Shown here: positions 36,509 through 46,135 of the stretch, one piece after another | Position numbering within the stretch: the first letter of the stretch is position 1 | Layout of the letters: each line of letters begins with the position of its first letter | Virus record (IMG/VR): IMGVR_UViG_3300023179_000073 | Span: 1-64,000 of that record | Reading direction: 5' to 3' (one strand) | Length of the DNA stretch: 64,000 nt | From: a virus | The notes under the pieces: model-generated | Databases searched by the model: none | The model's input: only the letters and a program-made list of their open reading frames with translations | What the model was told of the DNA's origin: nothing | Translations under genes and position numbers: made by a program

Positions 36509-36833
36509 TTTTTTCCTTTGCTATTTTTAATAAAACTAAATATCCTATTAAATCATCAATGTCATTATCGCCAGGATAATCTGTGCCTTTCATAAGGCGA
36601 CTTAATTTGTCATCAATTCTTACTTTAAGTTGTTCTGCTGGATCTGATTTACTAAAAATTCTTACAGGATCAAGGGCAGAATCGCCATATGCTATGTTTT
36701 TATTTATAAGCATTTGTGCTATGGAGTGACAAGTTTGCCAAATCTGTCTACCAGATGGTGCACTTATTGAATGAAGATAAAGATCATCACATTTAAAATC
36801 TTTAACATCTGAATAAACTGGTTTTAGTTTCAT
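36498..36833 (-). CDS. Nucleotide-modification-associated domain 1 (DUF1599-like) protein
   Basis: KNIAYG...RIDDKLSRL...DIDDLIGY. Confidence 0.7.
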   Translation of the reverse strand: MKLKPVYSDVKDFKCDDLYLHSISAPSGRQIWQTCHSIAQMLINKNIAYGDSALDPVRIFSKSDPAEQLKVRIDDKLSRLMKGTDYPGDNDIDDLIGYLVLLKIAKEKNVN

Positions 36834-37510
36834 TTATATTCCTCTGTTTGCCATGCAATATAATTTGATCCAAAAATTTTCTCTGCTTTGCCTGCTCTAT
36901 AATGATGAATTGAATCATTGTGTATTTTTTTTGCATTTTCCCCTGAATAAATAATAAAATTATCTACATTGTAAGACATAATAGTTTTAAAAATTGAATT
37001 TGAAAACGTAACATATCCTGTTTGATATATTGAATAATCTATGACATTATCATATGTTTTGTTATTTTTTTTATTAGTATAATATATATTTTTAATTTCT
37101 TTTAATATGTTTTCTAAAAATATATTTTTTTCAGAAGATGCAAAAATCATCTGAGTAAGTCCAAGATTATGTGGTTCTTTTGATACTACAAAGTCTAAAT
37201 CTAAATCAATCCAAAAATTTAGGGGTTTTTTACAAAATATATCAAGATCTGCATAAAGTCCACCATTAATATATAAACACATGTATCGCCAAAGTGTTGA
37301 TCTTAAAACATTTACAGTATAAGAATTATAAATAGTAAACCATTCTTTACCAAAATTATTTAAAACAAATTCTGCTCTTTCTTTTCCAGATACATACTTG
37401 TATTCCCAATCTGGATTTTTTTCTTGCCAAGAGTTGGCACATTTTAATGCTAATGGTGGCAAATCTTTGTATTCTGATTCATATGTTTGCCAAATAATTT
37501 TAGGTATCAT
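36830..37510 (-). CDS. GT32/OCH1-like DxD glycosyltransferase
   Basis: MIPKIIWQT, NPDWEY, WRYMCLYINGGLYADLD. Confidence 0.88.
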   Translation of the reverse strand: MIPKIIWQTYESEYKDLPPLALKCANSWQEKNPDWEYKYVSGKERAEFVLNNFGKEWFTIYNSYTVNVLRSTLWRYMCLYINGGLYADLDIFCKKPLNFWIDLDLDFVVSKEPHNLGLTQMIFASSEKNIFLENILKEIKNIYYTNKKNNKTYDNVIDYSIYQTGYVTFSNSIFKTIMSYNVDNFIIYSGENAKKIHNDSIHHYRAGKAEKIFGSNYIAWQTEEYK

Positions 37511-37662
37511 CTTTTAGATTTCCTTAGTCCAAATTTTGCAAGGTACACATAAACAGTTTCAACACTGGTACCGCATTCCTTAGCAATTTCTTGTGGAGAC
37601 TTTTTGTCCATAACAAACCTTTTACGGAGCCAAGCCTCGCTTGTATACAGTTTAGCAGTCAT
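37507..37662 (-). CDS. Small HTH DNA-binding protein
   Basis: SPQEIAKECGTSVETVYVYLAKFGL. Confidence 0.75.
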   Translation of the reverse strand: MTAKLYTSEAWLRKRFVMDKKSPQEIAKECGTSVETVYVYLAKFGLRKSKR

Positions 37663-37666
37663 AGTA

Positions 37667-38311
37667 TTATTTGTCAACTTCTCTTTCAGAAATGTCATAG
37701 TTAAACCTATCAGAGTCTTCCAAGGTCCATTTATCTTGATTTTCTACATCCCACTTGTAATCATTAATTATTCTATCAATAACATAGTCCTTTTTTAAAG
37801 TAAAAGAAGGTTCATAAATACGAACTCTATTGTTTGGCTGTATAGCAAAGTTACCGTCATCTCTTTGTATAACATGGCCACATTTATGTTCCGCTGGATT
37901 TTCTGAATAACCATCATCTAAAACATTAGAATCTGGATTGTGCCAGTCAAGCGTGAACAAATATGTTCCTTTGTTTATAGTTTTTGTTCTGTCAATATAT
38001 GACATTCTAAGATTTGTAAGGTTTTCAAATTTAGTCACAGATATGTGATGGCTAAAGGCATTCCATAAAACTAAATTATATAAGTCTACTTCAGGAACTC
38101 CAGGCTTTGTACAAAATGCACTAATTGGCAATCTCCACCACAGCCCACCATCTTCCATCATTATGTGAAACAAAGGACTTCTGCTTTTTATGCTAGCAAC
38201 ACCAAATATAACACATGGGAAATATTTGTCATGACTATCTAATTGATTCCTTAAATAGTTACCACGAACATAGCACTCAATTGGCGGTATATTTGCATTT
38301 AATTCTGGCAT
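37667..38311 (-). CDS. Conserved phage hypothetical protein
   Basis: LNANIPP...WRLPISAF...EHKCGH...GNFAIQPNNR. Confidence 0.65.
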   Translation of the reverse strand: MPELNANIPPIECYVRGNYLRNQLDSHDKYFPCVIFGVASIKSRSPLFHIMMEDGGLWWRLPISAFCTKPGVPEVDLYNLVLWNAFSHHISVTKFENLTNLRMSYIDRTKTINKGTYLFTLDWHNPDSNVLDDGYSENPAEHKCGHVIQRDDGNFAIQPNNRVRIYEPSFTLKKDYVIDRIINDYKWDVENQDKWTLEDSDRFNYDISEREVDK

Positions 38312-38313
38312 AA

Positions 38314-38886
38314 TTAATTATATCCTATTGCTTTATCCCAATTATTAATAGCCCAATGGCCGATACCGCAAGCGTCAGCAACGTCATTATCGTCAATAGT
38401 TTTATCATAGTTAATTTCAATTAGTCTTATCGTCCTTTCTTTTCTAATTTGTCTTTCATAAGATTTATACCAAGAATCTGATTTCCCTGGATTTTTTAAT
38501 CTAATTTCTACTTGTTCTTCTTTAGTTAATCTTTTATTTCCCAAATAATTTTGCCAAGTAATTGGTGCCACTGTTCCTATTTGTTTTGTTCCAGTTAATC
38601 CCGCTGCCCCCAATAATGCTCCCTGAACAAGTGCAAGATCAGCAGCAGTCTTAGGACTGTTCATAAATACTGTATGCTCTATTACAATTGCTTCAAAGCC
38701 ACCAGAGTATTCAAAAAACGCTTTTGTTTTTGCACAAGCATCCATAACTTTTTTATAATTTGTATTACCTTCAAATTTTATTTTTCCAAATTTTACAAGT
38801 TTTTTATTGTCAAAAAGTGCAAAAGCAAGGCTGGTAGTGCTTGCATCAATTGCACAAATTTTTTTAGGTTCACCATTGTTGTTCAT
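38314..38886 (-). CDS. ruvC: RuvC-like Holliday junction resolvase
   Basis: AIDASTT, IVIEH, DVADA acidic catalytic residues. Confidence 0.75.
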   Translation of the reverse strand: MNNNGEPKKICAIDASTTSLAFALFDNKKLVKFGKIKFEGNTNYKKVMDACAKTKAFFEYSGGFEAIVIEHTVFMNSPKTAADLALVQGALLGAAGLTGTKQIGTVAPITWQNYLGNKRLTKEEQVEIRLKNPGKSDSWYKSYERQIRKERTIRLIEINYDKTIDDNDVADACGIGHWAINNWDKAIGYN

Positions 38887-39163
38887 AATCAATGAATCCT
38901 TTTATTTGCTTTAACATTTTATCTACTTCTTTTTTATTTACATTACAATTAGAACAAAATCCAGAGTCGTTATAAATAGAAAGTTGTTCTCCACAACCTC
39001 CAAGACATTTTCTTTTTTTGCCAATTCTTCTTTGTCTACGAGTTATTTCGTATCTGTCTGCTATTTTTTGTTTAGTGGCAGCGTTTCTACAATCTTCACC
39101 ACAGTAAATTTGATAACTTACTTTTGGTTTAAATAAGGAGTCACATCTTTCACACATTTTCAC
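38870..39163 (-). CDS. Double zinc-finger protein
   Basis: CERC...YCGEDC; CLGGC...FCSNC. Confidence 0.7.
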   Translation of the reverse strand: MKMCERCDSLFKPKVSYQIYCGEDCRNAATKQKIADRYEITRRQRRIGKKRKCLGGCGEQLSIYNDSGFCSNCNVNKKEVDKMLKQIKGFIDYEQQW

Positions 39164-39168
39164 ATTGA

Positions 39169-40029
39169 CTAATCCAGTTCATCCTTTAATAATTTCATTG
39201 GTTTAATTTTAATTGTTCCGTCTCCTGCTTCAGCACATGCTTTTTGAATTGGGCATACCTTACAAATTTTTGAATTTGAGCGATAAGGAATTTCTGGCAA
39301 TTGTTTGTCTTGCCAGTTTTTGTAAACTATCTTCATCCATTCAAATACTTCTTCCGCCCAAGCACGATAATGTTCATTTAATACAACTGGTAAAGTAAGA
39401 AGTTCATGAGTGTTTTTATTTTCATAAATCATAACACCCTTACGCATTTTCCAAACCTTCATATACATTAGTAATTGCATTAAATGAGACATTTTAGGTC
39501 TTCTATTTATTTTCCTGTATTCAAATTCTTCATTTTTTATTGTTTTAATTTCACCAACAAGTCTTTCACCCTTATAGTCAATCATGACATCTCCATACCC
39601 GTCAAAAGGTGGATCATCAGTTTTAACTCTAAACTCCATTGCTGGATGAGTTTGTTTATTATATTTTCTTGGCTCTGGATCAAACTCTAAATCTTGTGCA
39701 AGTAAGCCAGAGGCCTCTATTGCTTCTTGAATTCTTCCATGTCCTAGACTTCCTTGTGTTCTATTTGCTACACCAATTGCATCTGAATTATCATAAAATA
39801 TTTGACCATCAAACGCTAAGTGCCAATATCTTGGACATTCGCCTGCACCATAAGTTAAACCAGATGCTGAAAAGTTATTCTTTTTTTGAAACTTTGGCTT
39901 TGTTTGTACAAGATAACCAGCATTTATAGCAGTTGGCAAACCTTCAACAAATTTTTCATCTTCTTCACTATTTGTTTTTTTCTTTTTAGTACTTTTGGTC
40001 ATAATCTGTTCTAATAAGTTTTTAGCCAT
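39169..40029 (-). CDS. Cas4-like PD-(D/E)XK exonuclease
   Basis: ECPR, GYGD...GEIKT, QLLMY, CKVCPIQKAC (split four-Cys Fe-S site). Confidence 0.8.
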   Translation of the reverse strand: MAKNLLEQIMTKSTKKKKTNSEEDEKFVEGLPTAINAGYLVQTKPKFQKKNNFSASGLTYGAGECPRYWHLAFDGQIFYDNSDAIGVANRTQGSLGHGRIQEAIEASGLLAQDLEFDPEPRKYNKQTHPAMEFRVKTDDPPFDGYGDVMIDYKGERLVGEIKTIKNEEFEYRKINRRPKMSHLMQLLMYMKVWKMRKGVMIYENKNTHELLTLPVVLNEHYRAWAEEVFEWMKIVYKNWQDKQLPEIPYRSNSKICKVCPIQKACAEAGDGTIKIKPMKLLKDELD

Positions 40030-40061
40030 TTTTATCCCTTGTTTATATTAATTATATCAGG

Positions 40062-40376
40062 TTAGCGCATTATGTATTTAAGCGCTGATACCAAATCATT
40101 TATTGCCTGTGCTGCTGTAAAGTATATGTTTTTCTTTGCCCTGTCAGATTTGTCAACATTAGCCATCCATGTTGCCTTAAAAGACATTTTTGCTGCAATA
40201 GCCTGTAGTCTTACTATCTCAAGGCTGGCAGCCTGAAGAGGAATATCTGGCTTTATAATAATCTTTGCAATCATAGTTAAAGCAACTGTTAGTTCTTCAT
40301 CTTGCATGTAGTCTGCAATTTCTGTTAAACCATTTACCATATCAAGCGTTGTTTTTTGTGGTCCTGTTTCAGACAT
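40062..40376 (-). CDS. Hypothetical helical protein
   Basis: Coupled ORF in the recombination operon. Confidence 0.65.
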   Translation of the reverse strand: MSETGPQKTTLDMVNGLTEIADYMQDEELTVALTMIAKIIIKPDIPLQAASLEIVRLQAIAAKMSFKATWMANVDKSDRAKKNIYFTAAQAINDLVSALKYIMR

Positions 40377-40668
40377 TATCGTTTCCTTCTGTTAATTGTT
40401 CTAGCATATTCATTTCAATTATAGCAAGTCTTACCTTTGTATTACCTTCTCCAAGAATTACTACAATGGCTGGAGACTTATCTTTACCCGCTTGAATAGA
40501 ATCAGTAACAGCCTTAGCCCACACATCTTTATTTAATGTAAAAGATTTATTGGCTTCTTTAAAGTCAACAACAAATCCTCTCCAAGTAGCATCACCTTTT
40601 TGAGTATTTCTACCTGAATTTTTATGTTGCTTTGCACCTATTCTTTTTGATTCATTTTTTTCACTCAT
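40369..40668 (-). CDS. Hjc-like PD-(D/E)XK nuclease/resolvase
   Basis: E...SG...KGD...VDFKE. Confidence 0.6.
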   Translation of the reverse strand: MSEKNESKRIGAKQHKNSGRNTQKGDATWRGFVVDFKEANKSFTLNKDVWAKAVTDSIQAGKDKSPAIVVILGEGNTKVRLAIIEMNMLEQLTEGNDNV

Positions 40669-40846
40669 TTATAAAATCTTTCTTTCTTTTTTTAGGTGGA
40701 ATTAAACCAACTTTAGAAATATGTTTTTGTGTACACATCCATGTTGCATCTCCAGTTTCTTTCCAATATCTTAAAGTTGTTACAATTTCTTGACAAGTTT
40801 TACATGGCCACTTCCCAGGATATACAGTAAATTTAGATTCAAGCAT
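40661..40846 (-). CDS. Small zinc-binding protein
   Basis: CKTC...CTQKH. Confidence 0.6.
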   Translation of the reverse strand: MLESKFTVYPGKWPCKTCQEIVTTLRYWKETGDATWMCTQKHISKVGLIPPKKRKKDFINE

Positions 40847-41852
40847 TAATTATTTTTGCCTTAAGTTGTTCTTGTAAATCTAAATCTTCTTTAACACGAT
40901 TTATAAAACCATCACGACCTTGTAATTTTGTTCCGTCATCTAACTGATACCATGCACCAGTTCTGTTAACTAGCCCCATTGACTCTGCTGTATCAACCAA
41001 ATCTCCTATTGCATCAACACCAAGATTGTCACCTCTAAAATAAAAATCATACTCACCAGATTGGAAACCTGGAGAAGTTTTAGAAAATTGTAATTCCCAA
41101 CGAACTTTTCTACCAATTTTTTCTTCAATTAATTTATCTCCAATTTTAATTTTTCCTTTAATTGCTTGATTTTCTGATTCAGAAGAAAATAATTTAATAA
41201 CGCAAGAAGAATAAAATTTAGTAGCCTGACCACCAGAAGGCTGCTGACTAGTGTACATTGCATTAATATTATTTCTTGATTGTGAAATAAGTACAAGTAA
41301 TGTGGGCTTTACTTTATTATTAGCATAATTAAGCATTTTCCAAGCATTACTAAAGTCTCTAGATTCTGCACCAATTTGTTTTGTGTTTTCAAGTGCTTTC
41401 ATCTCATCCGAATCTTTTTCAAAATATATTGCAGGAAGCATTGAAGTAATTGAGTCAACTACAATAAGATCAACACCAGCATTCATTAGTCCAACACCAA
41501 CATCCACCATATCACTTATAGTACGTGCTTGTGAATAAATTAATTTTGTTGGATCTACACCAAGTTGCTTGGCCCAATCTTCTGAATAAGACATTTCAGA
41601 ATCAATCCATGCACAAACCTTGCCTTCTTTTTGTGCTAAAGCAATCATTTGTAAACACATAGATGACTTAGCAGATGATTTACTACCCCATATAAGAACT
41701 TGTCTGCCATACGGTAATCCACCACCTAGGGCACGATTAAGTCCAAAACTTGGAGTTGGTTGATACTCAAAAGTAACTCCTTCTCCTGTTCCAAGACGTT
41801 TCCTAATTCTTGGGTCTAATTGTGATAGTACATCTTCTACATTAACTGACAT
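40839..41852 (-). CDS. recA: RecA-like recombinase
   Basis: LNRALGGGLPYGR, Walker A GSKSSAKS, WIDSE, IVVDS, ISQSR, SGGQATKFYSS, GAWY. Confidence 0.92.
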   Translation of the reverse strand: MSVNVEDVLSQLDPRIRKRLGTGEGVTFEYQPTPSFGLNRALGGGLPYGRQVLIWGSKSSAKSSMCLQMIALAQKEGKVCAWIDSEMSYSEDWAKQLGVDPTKLIYSQARTISDMVDVGVGLMNAGVDLIVVDSITSMLPAIYFEKDSDEMKALENTKQIGAESRDFSNAWKMLNYANNKVKPTLLVLISQSRNNINAMYTSQQPSGGQATKFYSSCVIKLFSSESENQAIKGKIKIGDKLIEEKIGRKVRWELQFSKTSPGFQSGEYDFYFRGDNLGVDAIGDLVDTAESMGLVNRTGAWYQLDDGTKLQGRDGFINRVKEDLDLQEQLKAKIINA

Positions 41853-44800
41853 TTACATCCTCCATAATTACCGTGCCATCTTTGGTTTTGCCAAAACTAA
41901 ATTTATAAGATTTGCCTTCTTCAATATGCATATATGCTTTTGGAAATACAGTAGGAAATACTGTCACAGAGTGTAAGTCTCTTGCAGTATCTGCCAAAGT
42001 TAAAGAAGCCATTTTCTTTCCAGTTTTTGTCATTCTTGGTTTAAAAGAAACAACAAACATTTCATCTTCTGTATAAGGCAATTGTTTATAACTTAAAAAC
42101 TTAACAAGTGCATTTGAAGATCCTTTTATTTCATCAATAGAAACTGTAGATACAATCCTATTGTCATTAGCAAGAACCAAGTAAGTACGACCCGTCTCAA
42201 TAGTTGTTGATTCTTCATCAAATATACCAACACTCCCAGTTTTGTCCAAAATTTCAACTCTTGACCAACCTTTTCCTCTTTTAATTGACTTTACCATACC
42301 CATTAAAATAAACGATCCTTTTTCTTCAAAGTCTTCAATTGGTTGAATAAATGCATAATAGTGAGACGGGATAGAAATATTAAATTCTGGAAGATTTAAA
42401 TATTCGTAAAGGTTTTCTTTTATATCTTCATCATTACGAGGATTATCTGGAAATGTTGCTGCACCAGTTAACCTTAGAGCATTTAGTGCTCTACTATTTA
42501 CCCCATTACCTTTTGTAAAAGTAAACTCTTCAAGTTGTTTGTAACTGGTAAATGGTCTTGCATCAATATATTTTTGTGCAATATTGTTTGAAATAAATTT
42601 AATTCCAGTTAGTCCAAAGCGAATACCTTTGCCTTCAATTTTAAAATCTAAATCAGAATCATTTATGTGTGGTAATTTAATTGGAATTCCCATGCGTTTT
42701 GCTTCAATTAAATATTCTGTACGACCATCTTTATCTTTTTCATTTTTAAGAAGGGCAAACATAAATTCAAGAGGATAGTAATATTTTAACCACGCCGTCC
42801 AATACGAAAGAGTAGAGTAAGCAACCGCATGGCTTTTATTGAACGAGTATCCCGCATGCGCTTCAAAGTCGTGCCATAAATCAAGGGCTTGATTAGGAGA
42901 AATGAACTTACTCGCCCCAGCAACAAACCTATCTTGAAAAATACCGAACTCTTTTGCATCTTTCTTTTTACCAATAATCTTTCTTACTTTGTCTGCCTCT
43001 GCCATTGTCATACCGCCAAGGTACACGCAAGCCTGCATAACTTGTTCTTGGTATAGAATACACCCATATGTATCGTCAGTAAATTCTTTCATAATTTGAT
43101 GAATATAAGAAACATTTTGTTTTCCATGCTTACGAGCAATATAATCTTTACCAATAGTATTCATTGCCCCTGGACGTACTAGTGCGTTAGATGCTGCTAG
43201 TTCATTAAAATTCTTTACCCCCATTTTTACTAAAAGGTTTGTATATGGTGTTGCTTCACATTGAAACACACCTTTTGTATATCCATCTGACAACATTTCG
43301 TATACTTTTGAATCTGCCATATCAAGAGATAAAAGATCAATATCTTTATAATGATTTGTTTTAATTATGTCAATACAATCTTTAACTACACTTAAAGTTT
43401 TAAGACCAAGGGCATCAATCTTAATTAGCCCAATTTTTTCTGCTTCTTCCATGTCAATGCCAACAACTGGAATACGTTCATCAGATCCTGGAGATGAGCG
43501 AGTTTCTAAAGGTGCATATCTAAATATTGGGTTTTTGCTAGTAACAACTCCAGCAGCATGAATTCCAGTTCCCCTAATACGACCACGTAGTTGTTCTCCA
43601 TAAACCTCTACTTCTGGATATTTTTCTCTAAACCATAATGTATTTTTAGATGTACAAAATTCATCCCATGTATCAACAAGTTTTAAAACCTTGTTAACAT
43701 CTGTAAGTGGAATATCTAAAACTCTTGCGACATCTCGCACAACACCCTTATCTTTAAACTGAAGAAATGTTGCAATAGATGCTACGTGCCTATACTGTCT
43801 AACTAAATAATCTTTTACTTCATCACGACGAGTATCTTGAATGTCTGTATCAATATCAGGAAAGTCATTACGTTCTGGATTAATAAAACGGAAAAACAAT
43901 AAGCCATGCTCTAGTGGATCAATGTCTGTAATTCCAAGAAGATAACAAACCAAAGAACCAGCAGAAGATCCACGACCTGGACCAACCAAGATTCCTTCTT
44001 TTTTTGCCCAAGAAATCATATTTTGAACTACAAGAAAATATGGAGCAAATTTTTTATCTCTAATAACAGATAACTCTTCATCAAGCCTTTGCTCATATAT
44101 ATCGTTGCCAAGCCAATTAGAGTTTAACCTTTTTTCTTCTAAGGCAGCAATGGCTAGGTTTGCTAACTCTTGATCTGGATTTTTATACTGAACAGGAAGT
44201 AAGTCAAGACTATCTTTAATATCGTAGTCTTCTACAGTATCTGCTAGTAATAGTGTGTTTGAGTATATGTCTTCTCTATCAATGCCCTGTTTTTCCATTG
44301 CTGCTTTAATCTCTTCATATGAAAGAAGATGAATGTCAAACTTATTAAATGTTATATCACGATCATGACCATACAAATAATCAAGTCTTTCCATCATACT
44401 TGCTTTCTTTTTAGACTTTTCATATGTTGCTTCTTTATTAACTTTTCCATGCGTATTTAAAATTAGTTTAAATTCTTGAACTTCTTTTTGTGATTCATCA
44501 ACATGATGACAGTCTGGAGTAACTATAGTTTTAATATTAAATTCATCAGCAAGGTCAATAAGATATTTATTTATTTCTGGTGTATTGTGTGGCATAACTT
44601 CAATATAGTAATCGCTACCAAAATTATCCTTAAACCACTTGATATGTTTTTTAGCAAGAGCAAATTCTTGTTCTTCTAACGCCTTAACAATAACGCTGCT
44701 AGGGCAAGCAGATGTAACAATAATGTCTTCTTTATATTTTTGAAGAATTTCAAAATCAAATCTTGGTTTTTTAAAGAAACCTTCTGTCCATGCTATTTCA

Positions 44801-45129
44801 CTAATTTTATTAAGATTTTCTAAACCTTTTTGATTCTTGGCTAGAAGGATAATGTGATTATAAACAAGATCTTGTTGACCTTCTCTTTCAGACTTATCTC
44901 TTTTATCAGATATGTCTGCACACATATATCCTTCTAGACCTAGAATTGGCTTTACACCTTTTGCTTTTGCAATTCGGTACAGTTCCCTATGCCCAGATAA
45001 AGTTCCGTGATCTGTGATAGCCAATGCTGGCATACCAAGTTCAACTGCTCGGTCTATGTATTCTTCTGGAGTAGCAACACCGTCAAACAGTGAGTAATGA
45101 GTGTGTACGTGTAAGCCTACGTAACTCAT
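41842..45129 (-). CDS. dnaE: DNA polymerase III alpha subunit (family C)
   Basis: PHP domain HVHTHYS, ITDHG, DCH; GPGRGSSAGS; PDIDTD; HAAGVV; YSFNKSHA. Confidence 0.96.
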   Translation of the reverse strand: MSYVGLHVHTHYSLFDGVATPEEYIDRAVELGMPALAITDHGTLSGHRELYRIAKAKGVKPILGLEGYMCADISDKRDKSEREGQQDLVYNHIILLAKNQKGLENLNKISEIAWTEGFFKKPRFDFEILQKYKEDIIVTSACPSSVIVKALEEQEFALAKKHIKWFKDNFGSDYYIEVMPHNTPEINKYLIDLADEFNIKTIVTPDCHHVDESQKEVQEFKLILNTHGKVNKEATYEKSKKKASMMERLDYLYGHDRDITFNKFDIHLLSYEEIKAAMEKQGIDREDIYSNTLLLADTVEDYDIKDSLDLLPVQYKNPDQELANLAIAALEEKRLNSNWLGNDIYEQRLDEELSVIRDKKFAPYFLVVQNMISWAKKEGILVGPGRGSSAGSLVCYLLGITDIDPLEHGLLFFRFINPERNDFPDIDTDIQDTRRDEVKDYLVRQYRHVASIATFLQFKDKGVVRDVARVLDIPLTDVNKVLKLVDTWDEFCTSKNTLWFREKYPEVEVYGEQLRGRIRGTGIHAAGVVTSKNPIFRYAPLETRSSPGSDERIPVVGIDMEEAEKIGLIKIDALGLKTLSVVKDCIDIIKTNHYKDIDLLSLDMADSKVYEMLSDGYTKGVFQCEATPYTNLLVKMGVKNFNELAASNALVRPGAMNTIGKDYIARKHGKQNVSYIHQIMKEFTDDTYGCILYQEQVMQACVYLGGMTMAEADKVRKIIGKKKDAKEFGIFQDRFVAGASKFISPNQALDLWHDFEAHAGYSFNKSHAVAYSTLSYWTAWLKYYYPLEFMFALLKNEKDKDGRTEYLIEAKRMGIPIKLPHINDSDLDFKIEGKGIRFGLTGIKFISNNIAQKYIDARPFTSYKQLEEFTFTKGNGVNSRALNALRLTGAATFPDNPRNDEDIKENLYEYLNLPEFNISIPSHYYAFIQPIEDFEEKGSFILMGMVKSIKRGKGWSRVEILDKTGSVGIFDEESTTIETGRTYLVLANDNRIVSTVSIDEIKGSSNALVKFLSYKQLPYTEDEMFVVSFKPRMTKTGKKMASLTLADTARDLHSVTVFPTVFPKAYMHIEEGKSYKFSFGKTKDGTVIMEDVNVS

Positions 45130-45130
45130 C

Positions 45131-45787
45131 TTACCAATCTGTGTTGGTTGATGATGTTACAGATGGGGTATCAAACCCCAAATAGAATGCTTCTTGTTCA
45201 GCATAAGGAATTTTCTTTAATGCTAACTCAAGAGCGTATGGCTTATATGCTGACCAGTCAAATGGTTCTTTGTCTGGTGCAGATGGAATAAGTGTGTAAC
45301 TTGTTTCAGTGCCTTGACCGTTACGCTTTAATTTCCATGAAATATTTGAGATGCTTCCTGTTTCAAGAGCATACTCACGAATAGTATTAAATGCAGATTG
45401 CTTGCTTACACCCATTGACCAAATGGCTATGTATGGCTCTTCAATGCCATCATCTACTAATACATTGCAATAAAAACGAAGACGTGCTCTCCAACCAGCC
45501 TTTGGATCTTTACGATGCATTTCTTCAGCCCAGTCACGGCCTTCTGTTTCCATAGTGTCTACAGCCTTGCGCTTATAATCTTTTGGATTTGTGTGTTCTT
45601 TAACAACAAGTGCTAAGCCACGGTCTGCGCTATAGTTTGCAGAATCTTCGTCAAGTTCTTCAACGAATCTAATTTTTGCAGATTGTCCATCAGCAAGTTT
45701 TAACCATCTTACTTTTGGGGAGTTTTCATCATATTTTGGTTTATCAACTAGGGCATTAATATTTTTGAGTCCCTTTACAATAGTCAT
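45131..45787 (-). CDS. Single-stranded DNA-binding protein (gp32-like)
   Basis: WLKLADGQSAKIRF...KLKRNGQGTETSY; acidic/aromatic C-terminus; between primase and polymerase. Confidence 0.7.
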   Translation of the reverse strand: MTIVKGLKNINALVDKPKYDENSPKVRWLKLADGQSAKIRFVEELDEDSANYSADRGLALVVKEHTNPKDYKRKAVDTMETEGRDWAEEMHRKDPKAGWRARLRFYCNVLVDDGIEEPYIAIWSMGVSKQSAFNTIREYALETGSISNISWKLKRNGQGTETSYTLIPSAPDKEPFDWSAYKPYALELALKKIPYAEQEAFYLGFDTPSVTSSTNTDW

Positions 45788-45815
45788 ATTATTTTTTTCT
45801 CCTTGTTTTTATTAT

Positions 45816-46130
45816 TTATAATACTATTCCAAAATGTTTTAAAATAAATATGATAGCAAGAATGCTCCACAATATATTAAACCATATTAAAGTTGGTATA
45901 GTTTTTACTGTTGATGACCATATTAAACCTAAACTTGATATCAAAGCAAAAATGTAAAACCACCATATACTGATATCAAATAAAAGACCTGGAATAATAA
46001 TTACACCTTTTGCAACAAATGCAAAAAATTCAACTGTATTGGCTTTTGTCCAATACTTTTTGTGACCCATTGTTTTTAGTGCAATAAGCCATTCCATATG
46101 CCTTTTCTTTTTTTTATTTTTTATAGTCAT
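45816..46130 (-). CDS. Small multi-TM membrane protein
   Basis: Three hydrophobic segments. Confidence 0.6.
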   Translation of the reverse strand: MTIKNKKKKRHMEWLIALKTMGHKKYWTKANTVEFFAFVAKGVIIIPGLLFDISIWWFYIFALISSLGLIWSSTVKTIPTLIWFNILWSILAIIFILKHFGIVL

Positions 46131-46135
46131 CTTTT

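Noticed and set aside
39169-40029. Cas4-like gene as evidence of a CRISPR-Cas system
   Set aside because: No repeat-spacer array or other cas genes were seen; solo Cas4-like nucleases are common in phage recombination modules
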